Source: Terriglobia bacterium
GTDB lineage: Bacteria > Acidobacteriota > Terriglobia > Acidiferrales > UBA7541
Direction: 5' to 3'
Length of the DNA: 64,000 bases
NCBI GenBank assembly: GCA_963695545.1
Contig: OY968796.1
Coordinates: 3,744,001 to 3,808,000, forward strand
The translations under genes and the position numbers were made by a program. Each line of letters opens with the position of its first letter. Position 1 is the stretch's first letter. The notes beneath the pieces are model-generated. The model had not been told where the DNA came from. It did no database searches and was given only the letters and a program-made list of their open reading frames with translations. This document shows positions 28,562 to 40,116 of this stretch, one piece after another.

Positions 28562-29824
28562 ATGCGAAACGTCTTCGATCAATATCGCCATCCAGAAAAC
28601 CGACTTACGCACGCGCTCGCCTCCTCGCTAGAGGCTGACCGTCGTTTGCTTCATCGATTTGTTCGGTGGGTGACGGGTCGCGCCGACAAAGTTCCTCACG
28701 ATCTGGAGATTGTGGAGCAGCAACTCCCTGGCGAAGAAGAAGTGCGGGATGAGGACGAGACCGAGCGCCGCGGCCTGCCGGATGCTTGGATTCACGATGA
28801 CGATACGTGGGCTCTCATTATAGAAAGCAAAATCCAAGCCCGTCTTACAAAGGGGCAACTTGATCGTCATCGTCGTACCGCCGAGCTTCGCGGATTCTCA
28901 GACATCAATCTTGTCGCCTTCGTTTCGCAGCGCCCACAACGACCCGTCTCCGACCGCGTGAAAATTGTCGAGTGGACGAAGCTCTATTCCTGGATGCGGG
29001 GCGAAGGGGCATCAGAATGGGCGCGTCGATTAACGGCGTACATGGAAGTGCTTGAGCGAAAGCTTGTCGAGGACGATTATCTAAAGGAGGGAACAATTAC
29101 CGTGTTTTCTGGCGTTCCTTTTGGTCGAGACTATCCCTACAACTATCATGAGGCCAGGCGACTGATACGCCTCGCTCTCAGTGAGCTGAGAGGGAGACGT
29201 GACTTGCGGCAAGACGCCTGGTTGAATCCTGGAGGCAAGGGGCGACCTGCCATTACGGGACGGGATGGTTCTTCCGTATGGGATCTCCTTCCGCTCGCAA
29301 GAGCGCAATCTGCGAAGAATTTCACGGAATATCCCCACCTGTCTCTTGGCATTAATCGAAAATATATGGACGCGGGCGTCACGATTCCGGACGGGATTCG
29401 GCGGAAATTTCGCCGTAACCTTCTCGCGGGAGGCAGGGAAGGATTCTTGGAACTGTTTGGGGAGGTCCACAACAATCTACGGAGGTCGCTCGCAGCAGTC
29501 GAAGGCGCGGCGCCGCACGCCGAAATCGTCCAGCGTCACTTTCCTTCGCGGCGTGCTGCGCCCATCATCGACGCCAAACTCCAGTTTGATCTACGGACTG
29601 CGTTCACTAGCCCCAAGGGCTGGCGAGAATCGGTTAAACAGCAGCCCGAATGGCTTGAAGCAGTCTACGAAGTGCTTTCCGGAAAGCAGTCAAATATCCA
29701 GTTTACGGTGGGCGCAGTTTTTCCGTATAAGCGATGCCGTGCCGTAAACACGCCGATGATCTTGGATCACGTCGCCCGCGTCTGGCTCGCGTGCAGACCG
29801 CTGATCAGAAAAATGTTGGAATAG
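28562..29824 (+). CDS. Hypothetical protein with N-terminal PD-(D/E)XK nuclease-like domain
   Basis: ENRLTHAL helix followed by PDAWI...IIESKI and GQL; more A/T-rich than flanks by eye. Confidence 0.7.
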   Translation: MRNVFDQYRHPENRLTHALASSLEADRRLLHRFVRWVTGRADKVPHDLEIVEQQLPGEEEVRDEDETERRGLPDAWIHDDDTWALIIESKIQARLTKGQLDRHRRTAELRGFSDINLVAFVSQRPQRPVSDRVKIVEWTKLYSWMRGEGASEWARRLTAYMEVLERKLVEDDYLKEGTITVFSGVPFGRDYPYNYHEARRLIRLALSELRGRRDLRQDAWLNPGGKGRPAITGRDGSSVWDLLPLARAQSAKNFTEYPHLSLGINRKYMDAGVTIPDGIRRKFRRNLLAGGREGFLELFGEVHNNLRRSLAAVEGAAPHAEIVQRHFPSRRAAPIIDAKLQFDLRTAFTSPKGWRESVKQQPEWLEAVYEVLSGKQSNIQFTVGAVFPYKRCRAVNTPMILDHVARVWLACRPLIRKMLE

Positions 29825-29940
29825 CCCGATGTGCCCGCGCTAACTGGCTGATCAGGAGGCAGAAATTGTGCCCGGTTTAATCAAAACTCCCGGCTTTCGG
29901 CCTCAGGCACGCTATGTCTGCTTCTGTGCTGCCGCCTCAT

Positions 29941-30240
29941 CTATGCGCGGCGCTTGGGGCTGACCGGTTTTCGTTTCTTCCTCTTCAGCGACGCGAGCAT
30001 CTCGTCCACGGAATCGAAGGGGCCATAGTAAGGCCCATCGCGTGCGGTCGCGAGGCGTGCATCGATGGCCCGACGCTGCGCGGGCGCGTATTCGTCGTCC
30101 GCCGCTGGAAGCTTCGGGATGATGTTTATTACGCCCCCCGAAACCTTGAATTCAACCTGATCGCCGCTTCTGAGACCGGCTCTGCGGCGTACGCTTGGCG
30201 GTACGACAAGGTCAGCTTTCTTTTTGACGGTGACGGTCAT
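29941..30240 (-). CDS. AbrB/MazE/SpoVT-family antitoxin-like protein
   Basis: LVVPPSVRRRAGLRSGDQVEFKV swapped-hairpin signature. Confidence 0.8.
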   Translation of the reverse strand: MTVTVKKKADLVVPPSVRRRAGLRSGDQVEFKVSGGVINIIPKLPAADDEYAPAQRRAIDARLATARDGPYYGPFDSVDEMLASLKRKKRKPVSPKRRA

Positions 30241-30619
30241 GGCGGATGATCTTTTTAGAATTGAAGCTGCACTTCGGACTAGCGGCGTCCGCAGAGCGCG
30301 TCAACGCAAATGAGGCCCGCAAAACCAAAGCGATGATTTGCGGCATTCGCGGCATTCGCGGCATTGCCGATGCTATCGGGTTAACAGCTCCGATTGCGGT
30401 TACAAAATCTGGAGGCGAAGGAGGAGGGTCGGAAAAGTGTGTGAGAAACGGGTTCGAGAAGTCCTATGCGGGGCCTTGGGATTTTCACGTAACCGCCGAA
30501 AAGGCTATGCAGTGGAGAACCTGGCGGGAGCGTTGAAAACTGGAGCAATCAGATATAAGGTATCGGTCGCGCGGGAGTAAAAAATCGATATTCCGGCTTA
30601 GAACTGGGGAAGGCGACAG

Positions 30620-33100
30620 ATGACGACTCTCTGGCGGGATGTGCGGTACGCCGGGCGGATGATCGCGAAAACTCCCGGGCTTTCGGTGATCATCATTCTG
30701 ACGCTGGCGCTCGGGATCGGAGCCACCACAGTCGTCTTCAGCATCGCCAATACCCTGATGTTCCAGCCGCTGCCTGTTCCGCACGCTTCTCGGATTATGG
30801 CGGTCGGGTTTCAGCAGAAGGGGAATCCGCTCGGCCTGGGGAGTCTTTCCTATGTGGAGTTGGGCGATTTCCAGTCTCAATCGGGCGACGTTTTCGCGGG
30901 CTTATTCGGAAGCCTGGTCAGGCTCTCCGGCTTCGGGCTGGAAGGTCATCCGTCCGAGCAGCTGCTCTCCAATTACGTGACCGGGAATTTCTTTACCGGG
31001 CTGGGCGTCAAGCCGGTGCTAGGGCGTCTGTTTGCCCCTGGCGAAGGCGAGCAAATCGGCGCGCCGCGTACAGCGATTCTCAGCTATGCGTTCTGGAAAT
31101 CGCATCTCGGCGGCGATCCCGGCGTGGTGGGCCGGTCGGCGCTGGTCAATGGAAAACCGACCGAGATCATCGGCATCGCCCCCGAAGGATTCCACGGCGC
31201 GGTGCCTTCGCTGATTGACATGCAGTTGTACCTTCCGCTGAGCATCGTGGCCGAAGACCAGGCCGCTACTCCCGGCGCGTTCGCGGGCGGAAATCTGTTC
31301 ACGAACCGCACGGACCGCGAACTCTCCGTGCTCGGCATGTTGAAGCCCGGCGCGAGCGCAGCCCAGGCGCAAAGCCTGGTTCGCGTGATCCAGGAACGGC
31401 TCGCCAGCCAGTATTCCAAAGACGAGAATGGACTGGTAATGGAAGCCATTTCTGCTCCCAGCGGCGTGCCGGAAACCGGCATTTTGCGTGTGATCGCGGC
31501 CTTATTTGTCGGGCTTTCGGGGATGGTTCTGCTGCTCTCGTGCATGAACGTGGCCAACGTACTGCTGGCGCGTGCGACGACGCGGCAGCAGGAGATGGCT
31601 ATCCGTGCGGCCCTGGGCGCGCCGCGAAGCCGGCTGATCCGTCAGATGCTCACCGAACCTGTGCTGCTCGCGCTGCTCGGCGCCGCTGCTGGGGTGCTGG
31701 CGGCCCGTTGGACCATGGCCGCCATCTTCGCCCTGCCTGCCTGGGCCGCGCGGCGGGCAGACTTCGTGATCCTCCAATTTAGTTTCGATTGGCGCGTGTT
31801 CCTGGTGGCCTTCGGCGGCGCGATTGTGGGCGGAGTCGCTGCGGGAATGTGGCCGGCCATTCAAGCCGGCAGGACCAATCTGAATCTGGTGCTGCACGGG
31901 GCCGGCCGCAGCGATTCGGCCGGGGCCGGGCGCCATCGCCTGCGCAATATCCTGGTTGTCGCGCAGGTGGCCGGCTCGCTTGCGTTGCTGATCGCCGCCG
32001 GCTTCTTCGTCCAAACCCTGCGCCGGGCCGAACATGCCTATCTCGGCTTCGATCCCAACCATCTGGTGATCTGCACGATGGACCCCCACGAAATCGGCTA
32101 CGACCACGCGCGCACCACGCAGTTTTATCGAGAGCTACAGACCCGCGTGGCCGCCCTGCCCGGGGTGCAATCGGTAAGCCTCTCGTTCGGGGCGCCCTTC
32201 CTCGGAATCGAATACGCTGTCAATGTTTACCCCGAAAATTACATCATTCCCCCGGGCCAGCAGGCGCCGTTCATTTTCCACAACGTCGTGAGCCCCGAGT
32301 ACTTCTCAAACCTGCGCATTCCGCTGCTTCGGGGGCGGGCCTTCACGGAATCCGACAATGATCAAGCCCCGCTGGTGGCGATCGTAAACCAAACCATGGC
32401 CCGCCAGCTCTGGCCCGGCGAGGATCCCATTGGGAAGCGCTTCCGGACGGTGGAGGACTTAAACCCGCTGATCGAAGTGGTGGGCCTGGCGGGCGATGGA
32501 AAGTATCAGAACATTATGGAGGACGCGCAGCCGTGGTTCTACGTCCCGCTGGACCAGGAATTTCAGTCGCTTCGCACGATTGTGGTGCGTTCCTCTGCGC
32601 CTCCGGAAGATCTGATCGGGGAAGTCGAGGGCGAAATCCGCACTCTGGCTCCTGGCATGCCGCTTTTCAATAGCGCCACAATGGAGCAGATATTGGACCA
32701 AGCGCAGTTCATCTTCAGGCTGGGCGTGGACCTGGCGGGAGGCACGGGTTTGCTGGGCCTGTTCATCGCCGTAGTGGGCGTCTATGGAGTGGTGTCGTAC
32801 GCGGCGGCGCAGCGGACGCGCGAAGTGGGGATTCGCATCGCGTTGGGAGCGACCCCAGCGGACGTGCGGAAGCTGATTCTGAGCCAGGGATTGCTGCTGA
32901 TCGCGGCGGGGGTGGCCGTGGGGTTGATTCTCGGCTTGATGGTGACGCGCGGAATCGGCCACATCTTCCATGGCGAATCGGGCGTGCTGGTGTTCGCGGC
33001 GGCGCCCGTGCTGCTTGGCGTCACGGGATTCTGGGCGTGCTACATCCCTGCCCGACGGGCGATGCGCATGGACCCAATGACGGCGCTCCGGCACGAGTAG
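30620..33100 (+). CDS. ADOP-type duplicated ABC permease (two MacB/FtsX halves)
   Basis: DVRYAGRMI, TLALGIGATT, EMAIRAALGA, QRTREVGIRIALGA, PARRAMRMDPMTALRHE. Confidence 0.93.
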   Translation: MTTLWRDVRYAGRMIAKTPGLSVIIILTLALGIGATTVVFSIANTLMFQPLPVPHASRIMAVGFQQKGNPLGLGSLSYVELGDFQSQSGDVFAGLFGSLVRLSGFGLEGHPSEQLLSNYVTGNFFTGLGVKPVLGRLFAPGEGEQIGAPRTAILSYAFWKSHLGGDPGVVGRSALVNGKPTEIIGIAPEGFHGAVPSLIDMQLYLPLSIVAEDQAATPGAFAGGNLFTNRTDRELSVLGMLKPGASAAQAQSLVRVIQERLASQYSKDENGLVMEAISAPSGVPETGILRVIAALFVGLSGMVLLLSCMNVANVLLARATTRQQEMAIRAALGAPRSRLIRQMLTEPVLLALLGAAAGVLAARWTMAAIFALPAWAARRADFVILQFSFDWRVFLVAFGGAIVGGVAAGMWPAIQAGRTNLNLVLHGAGRSDSAGAGRHRLRNILVVAQVAGSLALLIAAGFFVQTLRRAEHAYLGFDPNHLVICTMDPHEIGYDHARTTQFYRELQTRVAALPGVQSVSLSFGAPFLGIEYAVNVYPENYIIPPGQQAPFIFHNVVSPEYFSNLRIPLLRGRAFTESDNDQAPLVAIVNQTMARQLWPGEDPIGKRFRTVEDLNPLIEVVGLAGDGKYQNIMEDAQPWFYVPLDQEFQSLRTIVVRSSAPPEDLIGEVEGEIRTLAPGMPLFNSATMEQILDQAQFIFRLGVDLAGGTGLLGLFIAVVGVYGVVSYAAAQRTREVGIRIALGATPADVRKLILSQGLLLIAAGVAVGLILGLMVTRGIGHIFHGESGVLVFAAAPVLLGVTGFWACYIPARRAMRMDPMTALRHE

Positions 33101-33275
33101 GCGGGTGGGTCAGGCTTTGAGCGGATTTGAATTTGCGGGGCGGACGGTCGATTACGACGCTGGGCGTTTTCGCGGTCAAAAATGGAAATCCTGGTGTAAA
33201 TCCCGTTGCGCGCGCAAGAAAATGGCGGTCGCGCAACCAATTTAATAGGGCCGCAAGGGATTTGGTGGGAGTGAA

Positions 33276-35537
33276 ATGCGAGGACATGGTTTCCCTACTT
33301 CCCGGTTGAGATCCTTTTGTTGCTGGTTCCCCGCCCTCGCACTCGCATTCGTGGCAGTGGGCTGCGGCGGAGGCGGATCTTCGGTCGCTCCCCCGCCGCC
33401 ACCGGCTCCGCCTGCGGCGGCGACACCTGTGCTGTGGCCGGTGCCGGGCTCGTACAGTCAGACGCAGGCGGGGCAGACAATCACGCTAGCGGACAGCACT
33501 CCAAGCGCAACGATCTACTACACGACCGATGGAACGACGCCGACAGCTTCTTCAACTCAATACAAGAATGCGATCACGATCACGTCGACAACCACGATCC
33601 AGGCAATCGCCACGGCCCAGGGCTATTCGCAGAGTGGATTGGCAACAGGAAGTTACGCACTCACACCTCCCGGAAACGGCCCGGCGGTTTCGATCGTAGT
33701 GACAACCAACGACCAGACGATGCAGTTGACGCCACAAACATCCGTGAGTTTCTCGACCGCGAGCGGCGGCAGCAATGTGGTTTATCTCGATGAATCGCAG
33801 GTGTATCAAACGATCGAAGGATTTGGGGCCGCGACGACAGATTCCGCGATGTATCTTCTGAATGAGGTCGCGCAGCCGGCCCAACTCTCGCAAGCCATGA
33901 ACAACTTGTTTACTCGTCAAGGCAACGGCATCGGGCTCAGTTTCCTGCGCAATCCGATGGGCGCCTCGGACCTGGCGCGGAGCGTATATTCGTTCGACGA
34001 CAATAACGGCCAAGCGGACCCGACACTGGCGCATTTTTCGATTGCGCACGACCAGGTGGATATTATCCCGCTGATCCTGCGGGCCAAGCAGCTGAACCCG
34101 CAACTCAAGATTATGGCAAATCCATGGAGCCCTCCGGGTTGGATGAAAGACTCGGGTTCCATGATTGGCGGATCCCTTCTCTCCAGCATGTACACTCCTT
34201 TCGCCAAGTATTTTGTCGACTACCTCCAAGCGTATGCGGCCGCAGGCGTAAACGTCGACTATATTTCCCTACAGAACGAACCGCTGTACATTCCCACCAA
34301 CTATCCGGGGATGTGCATGCCTGCGGTGCTTTCTTCCACCGATTGCCCAACATCGCAAACCAATCAGGCGACGGCTTTGTTCAGTTACGTAGCGCCTGCG
34401 CTGACTGCGGCGGGCCTTAATACGAAGGTGCTGGTTTACGACCACAATTGGGACAGGCCGGATTATCCGGAAAATGTTCTTTCGAACCAAAATCTGAGCC
34501 AGATCGCTGGTGTCGCCTGGCACGGCTATGCTTCCACGCCGGGAGCAATGACCCCCATTCAAAATATGTTTCCGAGTGTAGGTACCTATGAAACGGAGCA
34601 CTCCGGCTTGATAACGAATTCCGACCAGACAAGATTAGACTTCGAGGAGATTACACAGTGTATGCGGAACTGGGCCAGGGCTTACGTGAAGTGGAGTTTG
34701 GCACTGGACGAGAATAATGGCCCGCACACGGGCGGTTGCAGCACGTGCACTTCAATCGTAACCGTGAACAGTACTTCCGGAAATATCACTTACGGCAGCG
34801 AATATTACACCATGGGCAATTTCAGCAAATACGTTCTGCCTGGCGCGAATCGTATTTATTCCAGCGATGCCGCGGGCATGGTGACGTTGGCATTCGTGAA
34901 TCCACCTCCCGACAACTCCAGGATAGTGGTGGCCTTCAACGATTCGAGCCAGACCCAGACGTTTCAGGTGCAATGGGGGGCGCAATCGTTTAGCTACACG
35001 CTTCCGTCTCTGGCCGGAGCAACCTTCACTTGGGCTGGAACCCAAAGCGCCGAAACTCCTGCATACACCGTCAGCGCAGCGTCGCAGATTCAGGCCTCCA
35101 GCTTTAATAGCACTGCGGGCAACAACACTCCGGGGAACTACCTGACTTGGGGACTTGAGACAGAGGTCACTTCAGACACCAATGGCGGGTATGACGTCGG
35201 ATTCGCGAGCGATGGAGACTACGCGGTTTACAAGAATGTTGACTTCGGCACAGGGGTTTCTACCGTTGCTGTCCGGCTCGCTTGCCTTCAAGACAACGGA
35301 CAAGGCAACGGGGGAGGCCATTGCGGGGGAGCCCTCGAGTTCCACTTGGACAGCAACACCGGGACCCTGGTAGCTTCCGTCACTGTGCCTTCCACCGGAG
35401 GATGGGAAACATGGCAAACGACTTCGCCAGCAAACGTGTCCGGGGCAAGTGGCGTTCACGACTTGTACGTGGTCTTCAGCGCCCCTGCGAGCGGCACCAC
35501 TAGCTTGGGGAATATAAATTGGTTCCGGTTCAATTGA
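33276..35537 (+). CDS. GH30 glycoside hydrolase lipoprotein with Fn3-associated domain and C-terminal CBM6
   Basis: AVGC lipobox; IYYTTDGTTP; PWSPPGWMK, LQNEP, YDHNWD; YKNVDFG...TGGW...HDLYVVF...NINWFRF. Confidence 0.88.
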   Translation: MRGHGFPTSRLRSFCCWFPALALAFVAVGCGGGGSSVAPPPPPAPPAAATPVLWPVPGSYSQTQAGQTITLADSTPSATIYYTTDGTTPTASSTQYKNAITITSTTTIQAIATAQGYSQSGLATGSYALTPPGNGPAVSIVVTTNDQTMQLTPQTSVSFSTASGGSNVVYLDESQVYQTIEGFGAATTDSAMYLLNEVAQPAQLSQAMNNLFTRQGNGIGLSFLRNPMGASDLARSVYSFDDNNGQADPTLAHFSIAHDQVDIIPLILRAKQLNPQLKIMANPWSPPGWMKDSGSMIGGSLLSSMYTPFAKYFVDYLQAYAAAGVNVDYISLQNEPLYIPTNYPGMCMPAVLSSTDCPTSQTNQATALFSYVAPALTAAGLNTKVLVYDHNWDRPDYPENVLSNQNLSQIAGVAWHGYASTPGAMTPIQNMFPSVGTYETEHSGLITNSDQTRLDFEEITQCMRNWARAYVKWSLALDENNGPHTGGCSTCTSIVTVNSTSGNITYGSEYYTMGNFSKYVLPGANRIYSSDAAGMVTLAFVNPPPDNSRIVVAFNDSSQTQTFQVQWGAQSFSYTLPSLAGATFTWAGTQSAETPAYTVSAASQIQASSFNSTAGNNTPGNYLTWGLETEVTSDTNGGYDVGFASDGDYAVYKNVDFGTGVSTVAVRLACLQDNGQGNGGGHCGGALEFHLDSNTGTLVASVTVPSTGGWETWQTTSPANVSGASGVHDLYVVFSAPASGTTSLGNINWFRFN

Positions 35538-35815
35538 AGAGTGACGCGGCGAAAACGCGGGAGCGATCGCGGGGCATCTCGATCAAGCGGTACGTTCCGG
35601 CCTGGGGGCGGTGGCGCCGCCAGCGGGCGGGACTAATCTGAGGCGCGGGACTTGACGGAGCAAAATCTGAAAGTTGAGGGGCTGCGGCGGCGCCCGTGAC
35701 GCCTCGTGTTTCGCGTCGCTCGCCGGAGGCACGTTCCACAAAATTACCCGAAAAACCAAAACGAGCATTTGCGCCAATCGGACGCTAGAATAGGTGCGGG
35801 GAGCATCAAACAGCT

Positions 35816-38149
35816 GTGAGCGAGAAACCGCCAGAATCGCCATCATCTATATCTACATCCGCCGCGGGAGCGACGGACGCGCCGAGCGCGAAGACCGCGG
35901 GCGGCGGAAAAGCCGTCGCACAGCTCGATCCGTTTCAAGCGGAGATGGAATTGCTGGTTCGCGGCGAATCGGGCGATCCGAATCACACGCTGGGGCCGCA
36001 TTACGTGGGAGATCCCGCCAAGCGCCAGGTCGTGGTTCGCGCGTTCATTCCGCGATCGAGCCGCGTGACGCTGATTCTCGATGCGTCGCCGGAAGCGCCG
36101 ATCATGGCCGAACGCATTCACCCTGCGGGAATTTACGCGGCGACGCTTCCGGGCGAGCGCGAACTGCCGATCGCGCCAAATTCTTACCGCTGGCACATTC
36201 GAGAACAAGGTTACCCCGATCGCGAATTCCGCGATCCGTACGCTTTCGCGCCGCTGCTGACCGATTTCGATTTGCACCTCTTTAGCGAGGGCACGCACAC
36301 CGAGGCTTACGAAAAACTTGGCGCGCACGTTCTCGAAGTGCAGGGCGTCGCGGGCGTCTCGTTTGGCGTGTGGGCGCCGAACGCGCAGCGCGTGAGCGTG
36401 GTGGGCGATTTCAATCAGTGGGACGGGCGCACGCATCCGATGCGCAGCCGCGGCTCAACGGGACTGTGGGAATTGTTCGTGCCGGGCCTCGCGGAAGGCG
36501 CGATTTACAAATACGAAATCCGCACGCGGCAAGGCGGTCTGCCGTTTCTGAAGGCCGATCCTTACGGCTTCCGCGCCGAGTTGCGTCCGCGCACCGGCTC
36601 GATCGTCGCGCGCCTGGACAAACACAAGTGGAACGACGCGCCGTGGATCGCCGAGCGCGCGAAACACAATTGGCTGGCCTCGCCGATCACGATTTACGAA
36701 ATGCATCTCGGCTCGTGGCGGCGCGACGTGGAGCACGGCAATCGGTGGCTCACTTACGGCGAGACCGCCGATCAACTGATTCCCTACTTGCAGAAAATGG
36801 GCTTCACGCACATCGAGCTGATGCCCGTGATGGAGCATCCCTTCGACGGCTCGTGGGGCTACCAAACCGTCGGCTACTTTGCACCCACCAGCCGCTACGG
36901 GACGCCCGACGATTTCATGGAGTTCGTGGATCGCCTGCACCAGGCCGGCATCGGCGTGCTTCTCGATTGGACGCCGGCGCATTTCCCGCGCGACGCCCAC
37001 GGCCTGGCGGAATTCGACGGCACTCATCTTTACGAGCACGCCGATCCGCGCCAAGGCACGCAGCCGGATTGGGGCACGCTGGTATTCAATTACGGCCGCA
37101 CTGAAGTGCAAAATTTCCTGATCGCCAACGCGCTTTTCTGGATGGACAAGTATCACATCGACGGGCTGCGGGTGGATGCGGTGGCCTCGATGCTCTATCT
37201 CGATTATTCGCGACGTCCCGGGGAATGGGTGCCCAACGAATTCGGCGGGCGCGAAAATCTCGGCGCGATCGCGCTGCTGAAGCGCTTGAGCGAAACGGTG
37301 CACAGCCGGTTCCCCGGCACGCTGAGCATCGCCGAAGAATCGACGGCGTGGCCCGCCGTGTCGCGTCCCACTTATCTGGGCGGGCTCGGCTTCGATCTGA
37401 AATGGAACATGGGCTGGATGAACGACACGCTGAAATATTTTTCGCTCGACCCCATCTACCGCAAATTCCAGCACAATCGCATGACCTTCTCGATGCTCTA
37501 CGCGTTCACCGAAAATTTCGTGCTTCCGCTTTCGCACGACGAAGTGGTTCACGGCAAACTTTCTCTGCTGCACAAAATGCCCGGCGACAGCTGGCAACAA
37601 TTCGCGAATCTCCGGCTGCTCTTCGGCTACATGTACGCGCATCCCGGAAAAAAACTTCTTTTCATGGGCGGCGAATTCGGCCAGCGCGAAGAGTGGAATC
37701 ACGACGCAAGCCTCGAGTGGAATCTGCTGGAATACGCGCCGCACCAGGGCGTGCAGCGCCTGGTGGCCGACCTGAACGCGCTGTGTCGCCGCGAGCCGGC
37801 GCTGCACCAAGTCGATTTTGAATGGCAGGGCTTCGAATGGCTCGATTGCACGGACGCCGAAGACAGCGTCTTGAGTTTCGTGCGCCGCGCGCGCGACGAT
37901 CACAACAATATCCTGATCGTGGTCGCGAATTTCACGCCGGTGGTCCGCGAAAATTATCGCGTCGGCGTTCCTGAGCCGGGCTTGTATCGCGAAATCCTGA
38001 ACACCGACTCCGCCACGTACGGCGGCAGCAACGTCGGCAACCTGGGCGGCGCGCAGTCCGAGCCGCTCCCTTGGTCGAGTCTGCCGAATTCGCTCAATCT
38101 CCGGCTGCCGCCGCTCGCGGTGACAATTTTCAAGCTCGATCGCCACTAA
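35816..38149 (+). CDS. glgB: 1,4-alpha-glucan branching enzyme
   Basis: [39 protein letters not shown]. Confidence 0.96.
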   Translation: MSEKPPESPSSISTSAAGATDAPSAKTAGGGKAVAQLDPFQAEMELLVRGESGDPNHTLGPHYVGDPAKRQVVVRAFIPRSSRVTLILDASPEAPIMAERIHPAGIYAATLPGERELPIAPNSYRWHIREQGYPDREFRDPYAFAPLLTDFDLHLFSEGTHTEAYEKLGAHVLEVQGVAGVSFGVWAPNAQRVSVVGDFNQWDGRTHPMRSRGSTGLWELFVPGLAEGAIYKYEIRTRQGGLPFLKADPYGFRAELRPRTGSIVARLDKHKWNDAPWIAERAKHNWLASPITIYEMHLGSWRRDVEHGNRWLTYGETADQLIPYLQKMGFTHIELMPVMEHPFDGSWGYQTVGYFAPTSRYGTPDDFMEFVDRLHQAGIGVLLDWTPAHFPRDAHGLAEFDGTHLYEHADPRQGTQPDWGTLVFNYGRTEVQNFLIANALFWMDKYHIDGLRVDAVASMLYLDYSRRPGEWVPNEFGGRENLGAIALLKRLSETVHSRFPGTLSIAEESTAWPAVSRPTYLGGLGFDLKWNMGWMNDTLKYFSLDPIYRKFQHNRMTFSMLYAFTENFVLPLSHDEVVHGKLSLLHKMPGDSWQQFANLRLLFGYMYAHPGKKLLFMGGEFGQREEWNHDASLEWNLLEYAPHQGVQRLVADLNALCRREPALHQVDFEWQGFEWLDCTDAEDSVLSFVRRARDDHNNILIVVANFTPVVRENYRVGVPEPGLYREILNTDSATYGGSNVGNLGGAQSEPLPWSSLPNSLNLRLPPLAVTIFKLDRH

Positions 38150-38281
38150 CGCGCGTCCGCTTCGCGAATCTTCTGGTCCTTTTCACCCCCTCACTCCAAT
38201 TTGGAAGTACAGGTATTGCATGGGTCACCGCTCCCGGATGATTGCGGGCACGGCAGCGGCAACCCACGTACGATAATCTTG

Positions 38282-39839
38282 ATGAGCCATATCCTGCTAA
38301 TTCGGCCGCCTTCCGTGTTTTCGGCTTCCACGTACAGCGCCCCGGTCACCATGCCGCTGGCCAACGCCTATTTGAGCGCGAGTCTGCTGAAACACGGGCA
38401 TCGCGTGACCAACATCGACGCGCTCGGCGAAGACATCAATCACATCGACGTCTCCTATCATCCGCACGTTCGGTATCGCGGGCTCTCGACGGAAAAAATT
38501 CTCGAGCGCATCACCGAGCGGCCGGACGGAATTGGGATCTCCGTGATGTTCTCGCAGGACTGGCCGCACATCGAGGACATGATCAACGCGATTCACGCCA
38601 AGTTCCCCGATGTCCCGATTCTTGCGGGCGGCGAACATCCGACAGCGGCCGGCGAATACGTGCTGAGAAGCTGCCGGGCTGTCTCCCACGTCGCGCTCGG
38701 CGAAGGCGAGAACACCATCGTCGAATGGGCCGAACGGCTCGACGGCAAGCGCCCGCTGGAAGACGTTGGCGGAATCCAGTACCTCGACGTCTTTGGAAAC
38801 GTCAGGACAAATCCCGCGCGCCAGCGCATTCGCGATCTCGACGAAATCCCCTGGCCCGCGTGGCAGCTGTTCAATCTGGATCCATATTTCAGCGTTGGCG
38901 AAGGTCACGGCGTTGAGCGCGGACGCAGCATGCCGATCGTGGCCACGCGCGGATGCCCTTATCAATGCACGTTCTGCCTCGAGTCCATCGATGTGGACCA
39001 CGCGCTACGCGTTGCGCTCGATTCCCGACGTGGTCGACGAAATCGAGCTGTACATGAAAACTTATCGCGCGGACAACATCGACTTTTTCGATCTAACGGC
39101 GATCATCAAGAAGGATTGGATCCTCAGCTTCTGTGCGGAAATCATGCGCCGCGGACTGAAGCTGACCTGGCAATTGCCGAGCGGCACACGTTCGGAAGCG
39201 ATGGACGCGGAAGTAATGAAGGCCATGGCTTCCGCCGGATGCACCAACGTGACCTATGCGCCCGAAAGCGGTTCGCAGCGCATGCTTGACGCGATCAAGA
39301 AAAAGGTCAAGCTTCCGCGCCTGTTCGAATCGATTCGCTACGCGCGGCAAAACGGAATCTTCGTGAAGTGCAACCTGATCGTCGGCTTCCCGCGCGAAAC
39401 GCGCTGGGACATGCTGCAAACGCTTTGGGTCGCGATTCGCTTCGCGGTGCTCGGCGTCGATGACGCCGGAATGTACGCCTATTCGCCCTATCCCGGAACC
39501 GAGCTGTACAAGTATCTCCGCAGCACGGGCGCGATCCCCCAGATGGACCGCAATTATTTCACTTCGCTGATGACCTTTATGGATTTGAAGCAGTCGTCGA
39601 ATTACTGCGAGAACGTCGGCGAGACAGAAATTTCGATCTATCGCGTGGTTGGCATGTCCGCGTTCTACGGCATCTCCTATTTATTGCGGCCCGGGCGCGT
39701 TCTCCGCACCATCCGTAATTACCGCGCACACAGATCGGACACGGTTTTTGAAGAGCGGCTGTTCGCGTTCCTGCGCCGCAAGAAAATCGAGCGCGACGCC
39801 AAGACCGTAGATACGCGCCCGCAGCAAATTCCCGCGTAG
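38282..39839 (+). pseudogene. B12-binding radical SAM protein with one +1 frameshift
   Basis: GGEHPT, GEGE, TRGCPYQCTFC; removing one C near 38977 continues as SSPSMW...APESGS...IVGFPRET. Confidence 0.8.
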
Positions 39840-40116
39840 ACGGATATTGCGAACGCTTCATCGCGCGAGGCATCACACAGCCCCGCCGTGCGTCCACGTG
39901 ACAACCCTCAAGCGACCACGCCGCCAACGCTCCCATGCGCCTTTCCCCGCGCGCAGATTGATCGCACAATACGGAACCGCGCAACGATCCTCGTAGCTTT
40001 CCGCGAGCACCGTGCATCCGCGGCAGCAAACGTAGTAGTATCGGGCGCCCAAGTGATCGCGCGATGGGCAGAAATCGCCGGGCGCAAGTTCGAGCGCCGC
40101 TTCCGAGGGAACGCAA

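Noticed and set aside
30340..30367. Three tandem copies of GCGGCATT(C)
   Set aside because: Real but short simple repeat with no supporting context.
36455..38146. Long antisense or overlapping ORFs (also 5323..6732, 8335..9696, 56073..58352, 60005..61681)
   Set aside because: Shadow frames of well-supported genes in high-GC DNA, with no motifs of their own.
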